Of a stretch of DNA of 64,000 nucleotides, positions 47,385 through 61,365 are shown piece by piece; position 1 is the stretch's first letter; the number at the start of each line of letters is the position of its first letter. The stretch lies in the NCBI RefSeq assembly GCF_963921235.1, contig NC_086101.1:9674001-9738000 (forward strand). Direction: 5' to 3'. A program made the translations under genes and the position numbers. The notes beneath the pieces were generated by a model, which searched no databases, had not been told where the DNA came from, and saw only the letters and a program-made list of their open reading frames with translations. This DNA comes from Mobula hypostoma (lineage: Eukaryota).

Positions 47385-47610
47385 GGTGTAGTGGTTAGTG
47401 CGATGCTATCATAGCTCAGAGCATTCCGGAATTCAAAATTTAATTCCGGAGCCGTTCTGCAAGGAGTCTCTGTTTGTCCTCCCTGTTGGATGCATGGTTT
47501 CCCCCCCGGATGCCCTGGTTTCCTCCAACAGCCCAAAGATGTACCGGCTAAGTTAATTGGTTATTGTAAATTGTGCCTTGGTTAGGTTATGGTTAATTAG
47601 AGTTGTGAGG
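47385..47610 (+). mobile_element. V-SINE/HE1-like SINE
   Basis: ggtttcctcc...ccaaaga...ttaattgg..attgtaaattg central domain. Confidence 0.65.
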
Positions 47611-47747
47611 TTACTCACAATCCAAACACTGTATATTTTTTTAAATATACAGCATTTCTGTTTTTTGCATGTTTTTTAATCTATTTAATCTATTCAATAA
47701 ACATATACAGTACTGTAATTGATTTACTTATTTATTATTATTATTTG

Positions 47748-50340
47748 AAACATAGAAAACCTACAGCACAATAGAGGCCCGTTGGCACACAAAGCTGTAC
47801 CGAGCATGTCCTTACCTTAGAAATTACCTAGGGTTACCCATAGCCCTCTATTTTTCTAAGCTCCATATACCAGTCCAGAAGTCTCTTAAAAGACCCTTTC
47901 GTATCCGCCACAACCACTGTGGCCGACAGCCCATTCCACTCACTCACCACTCTCTGCGTAAAAAACTTACCCCTGACATCTCCTCTGTACCTACTTCCAA
48001 GCACCTTAAAACTGTGTCCTCTTGTGCTAGCCATCTCAGCCCTGGGAAAAAGGCCACTGACTATCCACACAATCAGTACCTTTCATCATCTTGTACATCT
48101 CTATCAGGTCACCTCTCATCTTCCGTCACTCCAAGGAGAAAAGGCCGAGTTCACTCAACCTATTCTCATAAGGCATGCTCCCCAATCCAGGCAACATCCT
48201 TGTAAATCTCCTCTGCAGCCTTTCTATAGTTTCCCCATCCTTCCTGTAGTGAGGCGACCAGAACTGAGCACAGTACTCCAAGTGGGGTCTGACCAGGGTC
48301 CTATATAGCTGCAACGTTACCTCTCGTCTCTTAAACTCAGTCCCATGATTGATGAAGGTCAATGCACCGTATGCCTTCTTAACCACAGGGTCAACTTGCA
48401 CAGCTGCTTTGAGTGTCCTGTGGACTTGGAACCCAAGATCTCTCTGTTCCTCCACACTGCCAAAACTCTTACCATTAATAATATACTCTGTCTTCATATT
48501 TGACCTACCAAATTAAACCACCTCACACTTATCTGGGTTGAACTTCATCTGCCACTGCTCAGCCCGCTGTAAGTCATCCCTACAATCGCCAAGATCCTTT
48601 TCCGTAGTGATTACTGAAGCAAAGTACCTCTGCTGTCTCCTCCAGTTCCATACACACTTTTCCACTGTCACACTTGATTGGCCCTATTCTCTCACGTCTC
48701 ATCCTCCTCTTGCTCTTCACATATTTGTAGAATGCCTTGGGGTTTTCCTTCATCCTGTCTGCCAAGGCCTTCTCATGGCCCCTTCTGGCTCTCCTAATTT
48801 CTTTCTTAAGCTCCTTCCTGCTAGCCTTACAATCTTTTAGATCTCTATCATTACCTAGTTTTTTGAAACTTTTGAAAGCTTTTCCTTTCTTCTTGACTAT
48901 ATTTACAACAGCCTTTTTGCACCACGGTTCCTGTACCCTACCATCCTTTCTCTGTCTCATTGGAACATACCTATGCAGAACCCCACGCAAATATCCCTGA
49001 ACATTTGCCACATTTCTTCTGCACATTTCCCTGAGAACATCTGTTCCTGCCTGATAGCCTCAAATTTCCCCTTACTCCAATTAAACACTTTCCTAACTTG
49101 TCTGTTCCTGTCCCTCTCCGATGCTATGGTAAAGGAGATAGAATTGTGATCACTATCTCCAAAATGCTCTCCCACTGAGAGATCTGACACCTGACCAGGT
49201 TCATTTTTCAATACCAGATCAAGTACAGTCTCTCCTTTTGTAGGCTTATCTACATACTGTGTCAAGAAACCTTCCTGAACACACCTAACAAACTCCACCC
49301 CATCTGAAACCGTTTGCTCTAGAGACATGCCAATCTCCCACCACAACAACCCTGTTATTATTACACCTTTCCAGAATCTGTTTCCCTAACTGCTCCTCGA
49401 AGTCTCTGGTACTATTGGATGGTCTAAAAAAAACACTCAGTAGAGTTATTGACCCTTCCTGTTCCTAACTTCCACCCACAGAGATTCCATAAACAACCCC
49501 TCCATGACTTCCTCCTTTTCTGCAGCCGTGACACTATCTCTGATCAACAGTACCATGCCCCCACCTCTTTTGCCTCCCTTCCTGTTCTTCCTGAAACATC
49601 TAAAGCCTGGCACACAATGTAACTATTCTTGCCTCAGAGCCATCCAAGTCTCTGCAATGGCCACAACATCATAGCTCCAAGTACTGATCCACACTCTAAG
49701 CTCACCGGCTTTGTTCATAATACTCCTTGCATTAAAATAGACGCATCTCAAACCATGGGTCTGAGCACATCCCTTCTCTCTCACCTGCCTATCCTCCCTT
49801 TCGCACTGTCTCCAAGCTTTCTCTGCTTGTGAGCCAACCATCTCTTCCTCCATCTCTTCATTTTGGTTCCCACCTCCCCAACAATTCTAGTTTAACCCAC
49901 CCCGAATAGCCTTTGCAAACCCCCCTGCCAGGATATTGGTCCCCCTGAGATTCAAGTGCAACCCGTCCGTTTTGTACAGGTCCCAAAAGAGGTCCCAATG
50001 TTCCAGAAATCTGAAACCCTGCCCTCTGCTCCAATCTCTCAACCACGCATTCATCCTCCATCTCATTCCATTCCTATACTCACTGTCACGTGGCACAGAC
50101 AGTAATCCCGAGATTACTACCTTTGAGGTCCTGCTTCTCAACTTCCTTCCTAACTCCCTGTAGTCTGTTTTCAGGACCTCCTCCCTTTTCCTACCTATGT
50201 CGTCGGTACCAATATGTACCATGACCTCTGGCTGTTCTCCTTCCCACTTCAGGATATTGTGAATGTGATCAGAAACATCCTGGACCCTGGCACCTGGGAG
50301 GCAAGCTACCATCCGTATTTCTTTCCTGCATCCACAGAAT
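47748..50340 (-). mobile_element. CR1 LINE with ORF1 esterase and decayed, internally deleted ORF2
   Basis: ORF 49887..50312 (CLPGA, HIGTDD, DGLHLN); APE and 3' remnants; deletion junction at about 48562. Confidence 0.9.
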
Positions 50341-51509
50341 CACCAAATCATTATTTTTATTTCATTTATTATTTTTTTTCTATATTATGTATTGCATTGA
50401 ACTGCTGCTGCTAAGTTAACAAATTTCAGGTCACATGCCGGTGATAATGAACCTGATTCTGAGGTTGCTGGGTTGCTGGAACCAGAAGGGCCTAATCCAT
50501 GCTGTATTGCCAAATAAAATAAATAAATAAATTATAAAGCAGATCGTGCATAGAAAGGAATGAGACATGGTCTGTTGAAGGGGGGAAAGCTATTCGGAAA
50601 CAACTGTCTTCAGGCTCCTGTACTTCCTCCCTGAAGGTGGTAATGAGGAGCAGGCATGTCCTACAAAAAGTGGTCAATACAGTCCCTCACAGAAAAAGCC
50701 CTCCCCACCAGTGAGCAGATCTATAAGGATTACTGGCACAAGTAAGCAGCATCCATCATCAAAGCCCCACCATCCAGACTATGCTCCCTTCTCCCTGCTG
50801 CCATCAGGAAGGAGAACCAGGTTCTGGGACAGTTATTACCCTTCAGCCAACAGGGTTCCGAACCAAAGGGGATAACTTCACTCACCACAATACTGAACTG
50901 ATTCCACAATCTACAGACTCAGCTTCAAGGACTCTACAACTCATGTTCTCAGTGTCATTTGTTTGTCTATTTATTTAATTGTATTTGTGCATTGGGTTTT
51001 TTTGTCAGTATTTGTTTGTGTGCAGTTTTCACTGATTCTATCAAATTTCTTTCTTTCTACTGCAAATGCCTGCAAAAATGTACCTCAGGACAGTATATGG
51101 TGACATATTCGCACTTTGATAATAAATTTACATTGGGCTGTGTACTTTGTTTCATTTTGTGTTTCAGAGAGTTTATGGAAGAGAAATAATTAGTCCCTTT
51201 GTGTCACCTTGTGTTGTGCCTTGTGGGAGTTGCCTTGTGATCAGTCTTGTGACATGGCCATTCAGATCCATAGTCTTACCACATCCAGGGAGACTATTCA
51301 CAGAGCTGGAACTGGATCATCTGATGGTTACTGGCACAGTTAAGGAGGTGCAAGTATCTTCCTACTGATTGACGAGGATTTTGCCAGGACGCAAGGGCCT
51401 CAGATTATTGGTTCGAATTGTATTCCTTGCAGATAATGATTTGAACTTCTTTAGCTCGGGGATCGGGAGTACAAAGAAAATGCACATGAATGTTGCCAGG
51501 ACATGAAGA

Positions 51510-52550
51510 TCGGAGGTACTGGTGAGGCCACACCTGGAGTACTGTGTGCAGTTCTAGTCTCCATACTGAGGAAGGACATACTGGCTTTGGAGGCAGTGCA
51601 GAGGAGGTTAACCAGGTTGATTCCAGGGATGAAGGGGCTAACCTATGAGGAGAGATTGAGTCACCTGGGACTATACTCTCCGGAGTTCAGAAGAATGAGA
51701 GGAGATCTTATAGAAACATACAAAATTTTGAAAGGGATAGATAAGATAGAAGTAGAAAAGTTGTTTCCATTGGTAGGTGAGACTAGAACTAGGGAACATT
51801 GCCTCAAGATTCAGGGGAGAAGATTTAGGACGGAGATGAGGAGAAACAGTTTTTCCCTGAGAGCGGTAAATCTGAGAATTCTCTGCCCAGGGAAGCAGTT
51901 GAGGCTTCTTTACTAAATATATTCAAGAAACAGTTAGATAGGTTTTTACTTAGTAAGGGAATTAAGGGTTATGGGGAAAAGGCAGGTAGATGGAGTTGAG
52001 TTTATGGACAGATTAGTCATGATCTTATTGAATGGAGGGGCAGGCTCGATGGGCGGATGGCCTACTCCTGCCCCTATTTCTTATGTTCTTACGTATAGGG
52101 AAAGGTTGCATACGTTAGGACTTTATTTCCCGTGGCACGGGAGAATAAGGGGAGATTTGGTAGAAGTATGCCAAAATTATGAGGAGTTTAGATGGGGTAA
52201 ATGCATGCAGGTTTTTTCCCTTGAAGTTGGGTGAGACTAGGGTGTCATAGGTGTAGGGTGAAAGGTAAAATATTCAGGGAGAACCTGAGGGGGAACTCCT
52301 TCACTCAGAGGATGGTAAGTGTGGAACAAGCTGCCAGCAGAAATGTTGGACACGGGTTCAATCGTAACATTTAAGAGAAGTTTTGATAAGTACATTGATG
52401 GAAGAAGCTAAGGTCTTCCATCATGGAAGAGGATGGAAGAGGGCTATGGTAAAGGTGTGGGCCGATGGGACTAGGCAGAAGGCCGGGTCAGCATGGACTA
52501 GATGGGCCAGAGGTCCTGTTTCTGTGCTGTAGTGCTTGATGACTCTATGA
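51510..52550 (+). mobile_element. Two tandem CR1 3' fragments
   Basis: ORF 51503..51916 and a second 3' remnant. Confidence 0.8.
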
Positions 52551-52609
52551 GAAAGATCTGAGGAAACACAACTCTCATTCAAACCTCAAAGGCACATGAG
52601 ACCAAGAAT

Positions 52610-53010
52610 TAAGACCATAAGATATAAGAGCAGAATTAAGCCATTTGGAACATCAAGTCTGCTCCACCATTCAATCCTAGCTGATCCTTTCCCCCTCCTC
52701 CTCAACCCCATTTCCCAGCCTTCTCCGTGTAACCTCTGATGCCATGTCAACCTTTCAATCTCTGCCTTAAATACACCCAATGACTGGGCCTCCACATCTG
52801 CACGTGGCAACAAATTCCATAAATTCACCACCCTCTGGCTAACGAAATTTCTCCACATCTCTGTTTTGAATGGACACCCCTCTATGCTGAAGCTATGTCC
52901 TCTTGTGCTAGACTCTCCCACCATGGGAAACATCCTTTCCACATATACTCTGTCTAGGCCGTTCAACATTAGAAAGGGTTCAATGAGATCCCCCTTCATC
53001 CTTCTGAATT
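52610..53010 (-). mobile_element. CR1 3' fragment
   Basis: ORF 52586..52999. Confidence 0.8.
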
Positions 53011-53280
53011 CAATTATGCCAATTTTCAGAGCAATCCTACCAGTCCCAATCCTTCAGTCCAAGAAATCTCTTCCCCATCACACACTCATTAATTCCCAGT
53101 CAATTCCCGGACCACCCACGTCATCGTGATCAATTAACAATTCTTTCAGACCACAAGACATAGGAGCAGAATTAGGCCATCTGCCCATCAAGTCTGCTCC
53201 GCCATTCAATCATGGCTGATCCTTTTTTTTCTATCACCCCCTCAACCGCAGTTCCCGGCCTTCTCCCCATAACTTTTGAT

Positions 53281-56200
53281 AACATAGAAACATAGAAACA
53301 TAGAAAATAGGTGCAGGAGTAGGCCATTCGTCCTTTCGAGCCTGCACCGCCATTTATTATGATCATGGCTGATCATCCAACTCAGAACCCCGCCCCAGCC
53401 TTCCCTCCATACCCACTGACCCCCGTAGCCACAAGGGCCATATCTAACTCCCTCTTAAATATAGCTCATGAACTGGCCTCAACTGTTTCCTGTGGCAGAG
53501 AATTCCACAGATTCACCACTCTCTGTGTGAAGAAGTTTTTCCTAATCTCGGTCCTAAGAGGCTTCCCCTCTATCCTCAAACTGTGGCCCCTCGTTCTGGA
53601 CACTTCCCCAACATCGGGAACAACCTTCCTGCATCTAGCCTTCAATCCCTTTAGGATCTTATACGTTTCAATCAGATCCCCCCTCAATCTTCTAAATTCC
53701 AACGAGTACAAGCCCAGTTCATCCAGTCTTTCTTCATATGAAAGTCCCGCCATCCCAGGAATCAATCTGCTGAACCTTCTTTGTACTCCATCTATGGCAA
53801 GGATGTCTTTCCTCAGATTAGGGGACCAAAACTGCACACAATACTCCAGGTGTGGTCTCACCAAGGCCTTGTACAACTGCAGTAGTACCTCCATGCTTCT
53901 ATACTCGAATCCTCTCGCTATAAATGCCAGCATACCATTCGCCTTTTTCACCGCCTGCTGTACCTGCATGCCCACTTTCAATGACTGGTGTATAATGACA
54001 CCCAGGTCTCGTTGCACCTCCCCTTTTCCTAATCGGCCACCATTCAGATAATAATCTGTTTTCCTATTTTTGCCACCAAAGTGGATAACTTCACATTTAT
54101 CCACATTAAATTGCATCTGCCATGAATTTGCCCACTCACCCAACCTATCCAAGTCACCCTGCATCCTCTTAGCATCCTCCTCACAGCTAACACTGCCACC
54201 CAGCTTCGTGTCATCCGCAAACTTGGAGATGCTGCATTTAATTCCCTCATCCAAGTCATTAATATATATTGTAAACAACTGGGGTCCCAGCACTGAGCCT
54301 TGCGGTACCCCACTCGTCACCGCCTGCCATTCTGAAAAGGTCCCGTTTATTCCCACTCTTTGCTTCCTGTCTGCTAACCAATTCTCCACCCACACCAATA
54401 CCTTACCCCCAATACCGTGTGCTTTAAGTTTGCACACTAATCTCCTGTGTGGGACCTTGTCAAAAGCCTTTTGAAAATCCAAATATACCACATCCACTGG
54501 TTCTCCCCTATCCACTCTACTAGTTACATCCTCAAAAAATTCTATGAGATTCGTCAGACATGATTTTCCTTTCACAAATCCATGCTGAATTTGTCCGATC
54601 ATTTCACCGCTTTCCAAATGTGCTGTTATCACATCCTTGATAACTGACTCCAGCAGTTTCTCCACCACAGATGTTAGGCTAACCGGTCTATAATTCCCCG
54701 GTTTCTCTCTCCCTCCTTTTTTAAAAAGTGGAGTTACATTAGCCACCCTCCAATCCTCAGGAACTAGTCCAGAATCTAACGAGTTCTGAAAAATTATCAC
54801 TAATGCATCCACTATTTCTTGGGCTACTTCCTTAAGCACTCTAGGATGCAGACCATCTGGCCCTGGGGATTTATTTGCCTTCAATCCCTTCAATTTACCT
54901 AACACCACTTCCCTACTAACATGTATTTCGCTCAGTTCCTCCATCTCACTGGACCCTCTGTCCCCTACTATTTCTGGAAGATTATTTATGTCCTCCTTAG
55001 TGAAGACAGAACCAAAGTAATTATTCAATTGTTCTGCCATGTCCTTGCTCCCCATAATCAATTCACCTGTTTCTGTCTGAAGTGACCTACATTTGTCTTT
55101 ACCAGTCTTTTCCTTTTTACGTATCTATAAAAGATTTTACAGTCCGTTTTTATGTTCCCTGCCAGTTTTCTCTCATAATCTTTTTTCCCCTTCCTAATTA
55201 AGCCCTTTGTCCTCCTCTGCTGAACTCTGAATTTCTCCCAGTCCTCAGGTGAGCCACTTTCTCTGGCTAATTTGTATGCTTCTTCTTTGGAATTGATACT
55301 ATCCCTAATTTCTCTTGTCAGCCACGGGTGCACTACCTTCCTTGATTTATTCTTTTGCCAAACTGGGATGAACAATTGTTGTAGTTCATCCATGCAACCT
55401 TTAAATGCTTGCCATTGCATATCCACCGTCAATCCTTTAAGTGTCATTTGCCAGTCTATCTTAGTTAATTCACGTCTCATACCTTCAAAGTTACCCCTCT
55501 TTAAGTTCAAAACCTTTGTTTCTGAATTAACTATGTCACTCTCCACCTTAATGAAGAATTCCACCATATTATGGTCACTCTTACCCAAGGGGCCTCTAAC
55601 GACAAGATCGCTAATTAACCCTTCCTCATTGCTCAAAACCCAGTCCAGAATAGCCTGCTCTCTAGTTGGTTCCTCGACATGTTGGTTCAAAAAACCATCC
55701 CGCATACATTCCAAGAAATCCTCTTCCTCAGCACCTTTACTAATTTGGTTCACCCAATCTACATGTAGATTGAAGTCACCCATTATAACTGCTGTTCCTT
55801 TATTGCACACATTGCTAATTTCCTGTTTAATACCATCTCCGACCTCATTACTACTGTTAGGTGGCCTGTACACAACTCCCACCAGCGTCTTCTGCCCCTT
55901 AGTGTTACGCAGCTCTACCCATATCGATTCCACATCTTCCCGGTTTATGTCCTTCCTTTCTATTGCGTTAACCTCTCCTTTAACCAGCAACGCCACCCCA
56001 CCTCCCCTTCCTTCATGTCTATCCCTCCTGAATATTGAATATCCCTGAACGTTGAGCTCCCATCCCTGGTCACCCTGGAGCCATGTCTCTGTGATCCCAA
56101 CTATATCATAATCATTAATAACAATCTGCACTTTCAATTCATCCACCTTATTATGAATGCTCCTTGCATTGACACACAAAGCCTTCAGGCGCTCTTTTAC

Positions 56201-57227
56201 AACTCTCTTAGCCCTTATACAATTATGCTGAAAAGTGGCCCTTTTTAATGCTTGCCCTGGATTTGTCGGCCTGCCACTTTTACTTTTCTCCTTAGTACTT
56301 TTTGCTTCTACCCTCACTTTACACCCTCTGTCTCTCTGCACTGGTTCCCATCCCCCTGTTGTGAACTAACCTCCTCACGCCTAGCCTCTTTAATTTGATT
56401 CCCACCCCCCAACCATTCTAGTTTAAAGTCACCTCAGTAGCCCCTGCTAATCTCCCTGCCAGGATATTGGTCCCCCTAGGATTCAAGTGTAACCCGTCCT
56501 TTTTGTACAGGTCACGCCTGCGCCAAAAGAGGTCCCAATGATCCAAAAACTTGAATCCCTGCCCCCTGCTCCAATCCCTCAGCCACGCATTTATCCTCCA
56601 CCTCATCGCATTCCTACTCTCACTGTCGCGTGGCACAGGCAGTAATCCCGAGATTACTACCTTTGCGGTCCTTTTTCTCAACTCCCTTCCTAGCTCCCTA
56701 TATTCTCCTTTCAGGACCTCATCCCTTTTCCTACCTATGTCATTGGTACCTATATGTACCACGACCTCTGGCTCCTCACCCTCCCACTTCAGGATATCTT
56801 GGACACGATCAGAAATATCCCGGACCCTGGCACCAGGGAGGCAAACTACCATCCGGGTCTCTGGACTGCGTCCACAGAATCGCCTATCTGACCCCCTTAC
56901 TATCGAGTCCCCTATTACTACTGCCCTCCTCTTCCTCTCCCTACCCTTCTGAGCTACAGGGCCAGACTCTGTGCCGGAGGCACGGCCACTGTTGCTTCCC
57001 CGGGTAAGCTGTCCCCCCCAACAGTACTCAAACAGGAGTACCTGTTGTTAAGGGGCACAGCCACCGGGGTACTCCCTATTACCTGACTTTTCCCCTTCCC
57101 CCTCCTAACCGTGACCCACTTGTCTGCCTCCCGTGGCCCCGGCATGACCACCTGCCTGCAACTCCTCTCTATCACCTCCTCACTCTCCCTGACCAGAGGA
57201 AGGTCATCGAGCTGCAGCTCCAGTTCC
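53281..57227 (-). mobile_element. Near full-length young CR1 LINE: ORF1 SGNH-esterase (56418..56852), ORF2 APE (55058..56341) and RT (53466..55061) separated by a frameshift near 55080
   Basis: CVNARS, GITETWL, YRPPNS, GDFN, SDHN, NYRPVSL and FADD motifs; (TTTCTATG)n tail; possible 7-bp TSD ATAACAT. Confidence 0.95.
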
Positions 57228-57618
57228 ATAACATGTCCAATCAAGAACCTATTAATCTCTGCCTTAAACACACCCAACCACCTGGCCTCCACAGCTGCAT
57301 GTGGTAACAAATTCCACAAATTCACAACCCTCTGGCTAAAGAAGTTTCTCTGCATCTCTATCCTGAAGCTGTGTCCTCTTGCGCTAGACTCTCCCACTAT
57401 GGGAAACATCCTTTCCACATATACTCTGTCTAGGCCTTTCAACATTAGAAAGGGTTCAATGAGATCCCCCCTCATCCGGCGAGTACAGACCCAGAACGAT
57501 CAAACGCCCCTCATATGATAACCCTTTCATTCCTGGAATCGTCCTTGTGAACCTCCTCTGGACCCCCTCCAATGCCAGCACATCTTTTCTAAGATGAGGA
57601 GCCCAACACTGTACACGA
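57228..57618 (-). mobile_element. Middle piece of an older CR1 host; other pieces at about 53148-53280 and 59726-59800
   Basis: The three pieces read collinearly when the two inserts are removed. Confidence 0.75.
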
Positions 57619-59725
57619 TACCATAGAACCATAGAACCATAGAAACTACAGCACAGAAACAGGCCCTTTGGCCCTTCTTGGCTGTGCCAAACCATTTTCT
57701 GCTTAGTCCCACTGACCTGCACACGGACCATATCCCTCCATACACCTCCCATCCATGTATCTGTCCAATTTATTCTTAAATGTTAAAAAAGCACCCATGT
57801 TTACCACCTCGTCTGGCAGCTCATTCCATACTCCCACCACTCTCTGTGTGAAGAAGCCCCCTCTAATGTTCCCTTTAAACTTTTCCCCCCTCACCCTTAA
57901 CCCATGTCCTCTGTTTTTTTTTTCCCCTTGCCTCAGTGGAAAAAGCCTGCTTGCATTTACTCTATCTATACCCATCATAATTTTATATACCTCTATCAAA
58001 TCTCCCCTCATTCTTCTACGCTCCAGGGAATAAAGTCCTAACCTATTCAACCTTTCTCTGTAACTGAGTTTCTCAAGTCCCGGCAGCATCCTTGTAAACC
58101 TTCTCTGCACTCTTTCAACCTTATTTATATCCTTCCTGTAACTTGGTGACCAAAACTGAACACAATACTCCAGTTTCGGCCTCACCATTGCCTTATACAA
58201 CCTCATCATAACATTCCAGCTCTTATATTCAATTCTTCGATTAATAAAGGCCAATGTACCAAAAGCTCTCTTTACAACCCTATCTACCTGTGACGACACT
58301 TTTAGGGAATTTTGTATCTGTATTCCCAGATCCCTCTGTTCCACTGCACTCCTCAGTGCCTTACCATTAACCCTGTATGTTCTACGTTGGTTTGTCCTTC
58401 CAACGTGCAATACCTCACACTTGTCAGTATTAAACTCCATCTGCCATTTTTCAGCCCATTTTTCCAGCTGGTCCAAGTCCCTCTGCAGGCTCTGAAAACC
58501 TTCCTCACTGTCTACTACACCTCCAGTCTTTGTATCATCAGCAAACTTGCTGATCCAATTTACCACATTATCATCCAGATCATTGATATAGATGACAAAT
58601 AACAATGGACCCAGCACTGATCCCTGTGGCACACCACTAGTCACAGGCCTCCACTTAGAGAAGCAATTCTCTACCACCACTCTTTGGCTTCTTCCATCAA
58701 GCCAATGTCTAATCCAATTTACCACCTCTCCATGTATACCTAGCGAATGAATTTTCCTAACTAACCTCCCATGCGGGACCTTGTCAAAGACCTTACTGAA
58801 GTACATGTAGACAATATCCACTGCCTTCCCTTCATCCACTTTCCTGGTAATCTCCTCGAAAAACTCCAAAAGATTGGTCAAACATGACCTACCACGCACA
58901 AAGCCATGTTGACTCTCCCTAATAAGCCCCTGTCTATCCAAATGCTTGTAGATTCTGTCTCTTAGTACTCCCTCCAATAACTTACCTACTACTGACGTTA
59001 AACTCACCGGCCTATAATTTCCCGGATTACTTTTCGATCCTTTTTTAAACAACGGAACAACATGAGCCACTCTCCAATCCTCCGGTACTTCACCCGTAGA
59101 CAGCAACATTTTAAATATTTCTGCCAGGGCCCCCACAATTTCAACACTAGTCTCCTTCAAGGTCCGAGGGAACACCCTGTCAGGTCCCGGGGATTTATCC
59201 ACTTTAATTTTCCTCAAGACAGCAAGCACCTCCTCCTTTTCAATCTGTACAGTTTCCATGGTCTCACTACTTGATTCCTTCAATTCCACAGATTTCATGC
59301 CAGCTTCCTTAGTAAATACAGACGCAAAAAACCTGTTTAAGATCTCCCCCATTTCCTTTGGTTCCGCACAAAGCCAACCACTCTGATCTTCAAGAGGACC
59401 AATTTTATCCCTTACAATCCTTTTGCTCTTAATATACTTGTAAAAGCTCTTTGGATTATCCTTCACTTTGACTGCCTAGGCAACCTCATGTCTTCTTTTA
59501 GCCCTCCTGATTTCTTTCTTAAGTATTTTCTTGCACTTCTTATACTCCTCAAGAACCTGATTTACTCCCTGTTTCCTATACATTTCATACAACTCCCTCT
59601 TCTTCTTTATCAGAGTTGCAATATCCCTTGAGAACCAAGGTTCCTTATTCCTATTCAATTTGTCTTTAATCCTGACAGGAACATACAAACTCTGCACTCT
59701 CAAAATTTCCCCTTTGAAGGCTTCC
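57619..59725 (-). mobile_element. 5'-truncated CR1 LINE with uninterrupted 587-codon RT frame
   Basis: ORF 57703..59466; (TTCTATGG)n tail. Confidence 0.95.
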
Positions 59726-59895
59726 CAAGGTCAGGCCTCATCAGTGCCTTATAAAGCCTCAGCATTACATTGCTGCTCTTATATTCTAAATCTCTTGAAT
59801 TATGAGGATGTTGCCAGGTCAAGGGTCTGAGTTGTGATGAGAGATTGAGCAGTTTGTGCCTTTGTTCACTGGAGCATAGGAGAGTGCCCTTAAAG

Positions 59896-60120
59896 GGGAA
59901 CGTCGACTCAGACAATGAGGCCTGCGTCGGGCATTTTCATGCCTTACAAGGCGCAGATTGGTAGTCTGTGTGGGGAGCCACTCCTCGCACAGACAATAGA
60001 GCAATGTGTGGTTAAGTGCCTTGCTCAAGGACACAAACACGCTGCCACAGCTGAGGCTCGAATCAGCGACCTTCAGATCACTAGACGAACGCCTTAACCA
60101 CTTGGCCACGTGCCCAACGC
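59896..60120 (-). mobile_element. tRNA/CORE-like SINE with a different 3' body
   Basis: Same head as 32663; 12-bp TSD GTGCCCTTAAAG (59884-59895, 60121-60132). Confidence 0.85.
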
Positions 60121-60374
60121 GTGCCCTTAAAGAGATGTGTATAAATCATAAGAAGCATAGATAGGGTGATAGCACACATTCCGAGGCAAGCGGAACTGAA
60201 AGCTTGAGGGAGAAAAGTGAAAGGTTTAAAAGAGACCCGAGGGGCAAATCCTTCACACAGAGGGTGGTGCACAGATGGAATGACCTGCCAGAGGGAATAG
60301 TTCTGACAGGTACAAAAACAACACTTAAAAGACATTTAGAGAAATATGGAGCAAACACAAGCAAAATGGGGCTA

Positions 60375-60865
60375 ACACAAGAGATTCTGCAGATGCTGGA
60401 AATCCTGAGCAACACACACACACAAAATGTTGGAGGAAGTCAGCAGATCAGGTTGCATCTGTGGAGCGGAATAAACAGTGAGTGTTTTGGCCCTGGAAAG
60501 AAGGAGGCAGAAGCTAGAATAAAAAGGCAGGGGGGAAGGCAGGAGTACCGACTGAAGCAGGCTGAGGGGAAGGTAGATGAGATGAAGTCAGAAACTGGGA
60601 GGTGATAGATTTGAAGAGGTTGAAAGCTGAGAGAAGAAGGAATCTGATAGGAGAGAACAGTAGTCCATGGAAGAAAGAGAAGTAGACAAGGTACCAGAGG
60701 GAGATGATGGGCAAGTGAGGAGAAAAGGGCTAAAAGTGGAGCAGGATGCAGAATGGAAAGAGAAGGTGGAAGTCATAAACAATCAATGTTTTGGGCCAAG
60801 ATATTTCATCAGATGTGTTTGCGTCTGTTGGTCAAGATTTCCAGCATCTGTAGAATCTCTTTGTG
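60375..60865 (-). mobile_element. Penelope-derived repeat with purine tract
   Basis: gagattctgcagatgctggaaat body; resembles the reverse complement of 25540-25960. Confidence 0.55.
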
Positions 60866-61019
60866 CTTTGAATTTGTCCAAATTCTCCTTATAGCTCATT
60901 CTCTCTAGTCCAAGGAACAACCGGTAAACCTCTTCTGCACCCCTTCCTAAGCCTCCATTTCCTTCCAGTAATGGGCAGACCAGAATTCAATGCCATGCCC
61001 CAATGACACTTGGCTTTCC

Positions 61020-61365
61020 TCACTGAAATCTATCAAATATTGAAAGGTCTAGATAGAGTGGATGTTGTCAATAGTGTGAGAGTCTAGGACTAGAGGACAC
61101 AGCCTCAAAACAGAGGGACATCCATTTAAAATGGAGATGAGGAGGAATTTCTTTAGCCAGATGTTGGTGAATCTGAGGAATTCATTATCAAGATGGCTGT
61201 GGGGGCCAAGTTATTCAGTATATTCATAGTGGAGGTTGATTGGTTCTTCACTAGTCAGGGCATCAAAGCTTATGCAGGGAAAGGTTGAAAGGGGTAATAA
61301 ATTAACTGTATTGAACTGCAAAGCTGACTTGATGGGCCAAATGGCCTAATTCTGCTCTATATTTT
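61020..61365 (+). mobile_element. Decayed CR1 3' fragment
   Basis: Similar to 2370-2720. Confidence 0.7.

Noticed and set aside
53359..54051. 230-aa plus-strand ORF (also 55272..56048, 5414..5818, 54070..54474)
   Set aside because: Antisense shadow frames of CR1 ORF2, repeated in sister copies; no independent evidence of coding
56954..57475. 173-aa ORF
   Set aside because: Chimera across the junction of an old CR1 3' piece and the 5' part of the inserted CR1 ORF1
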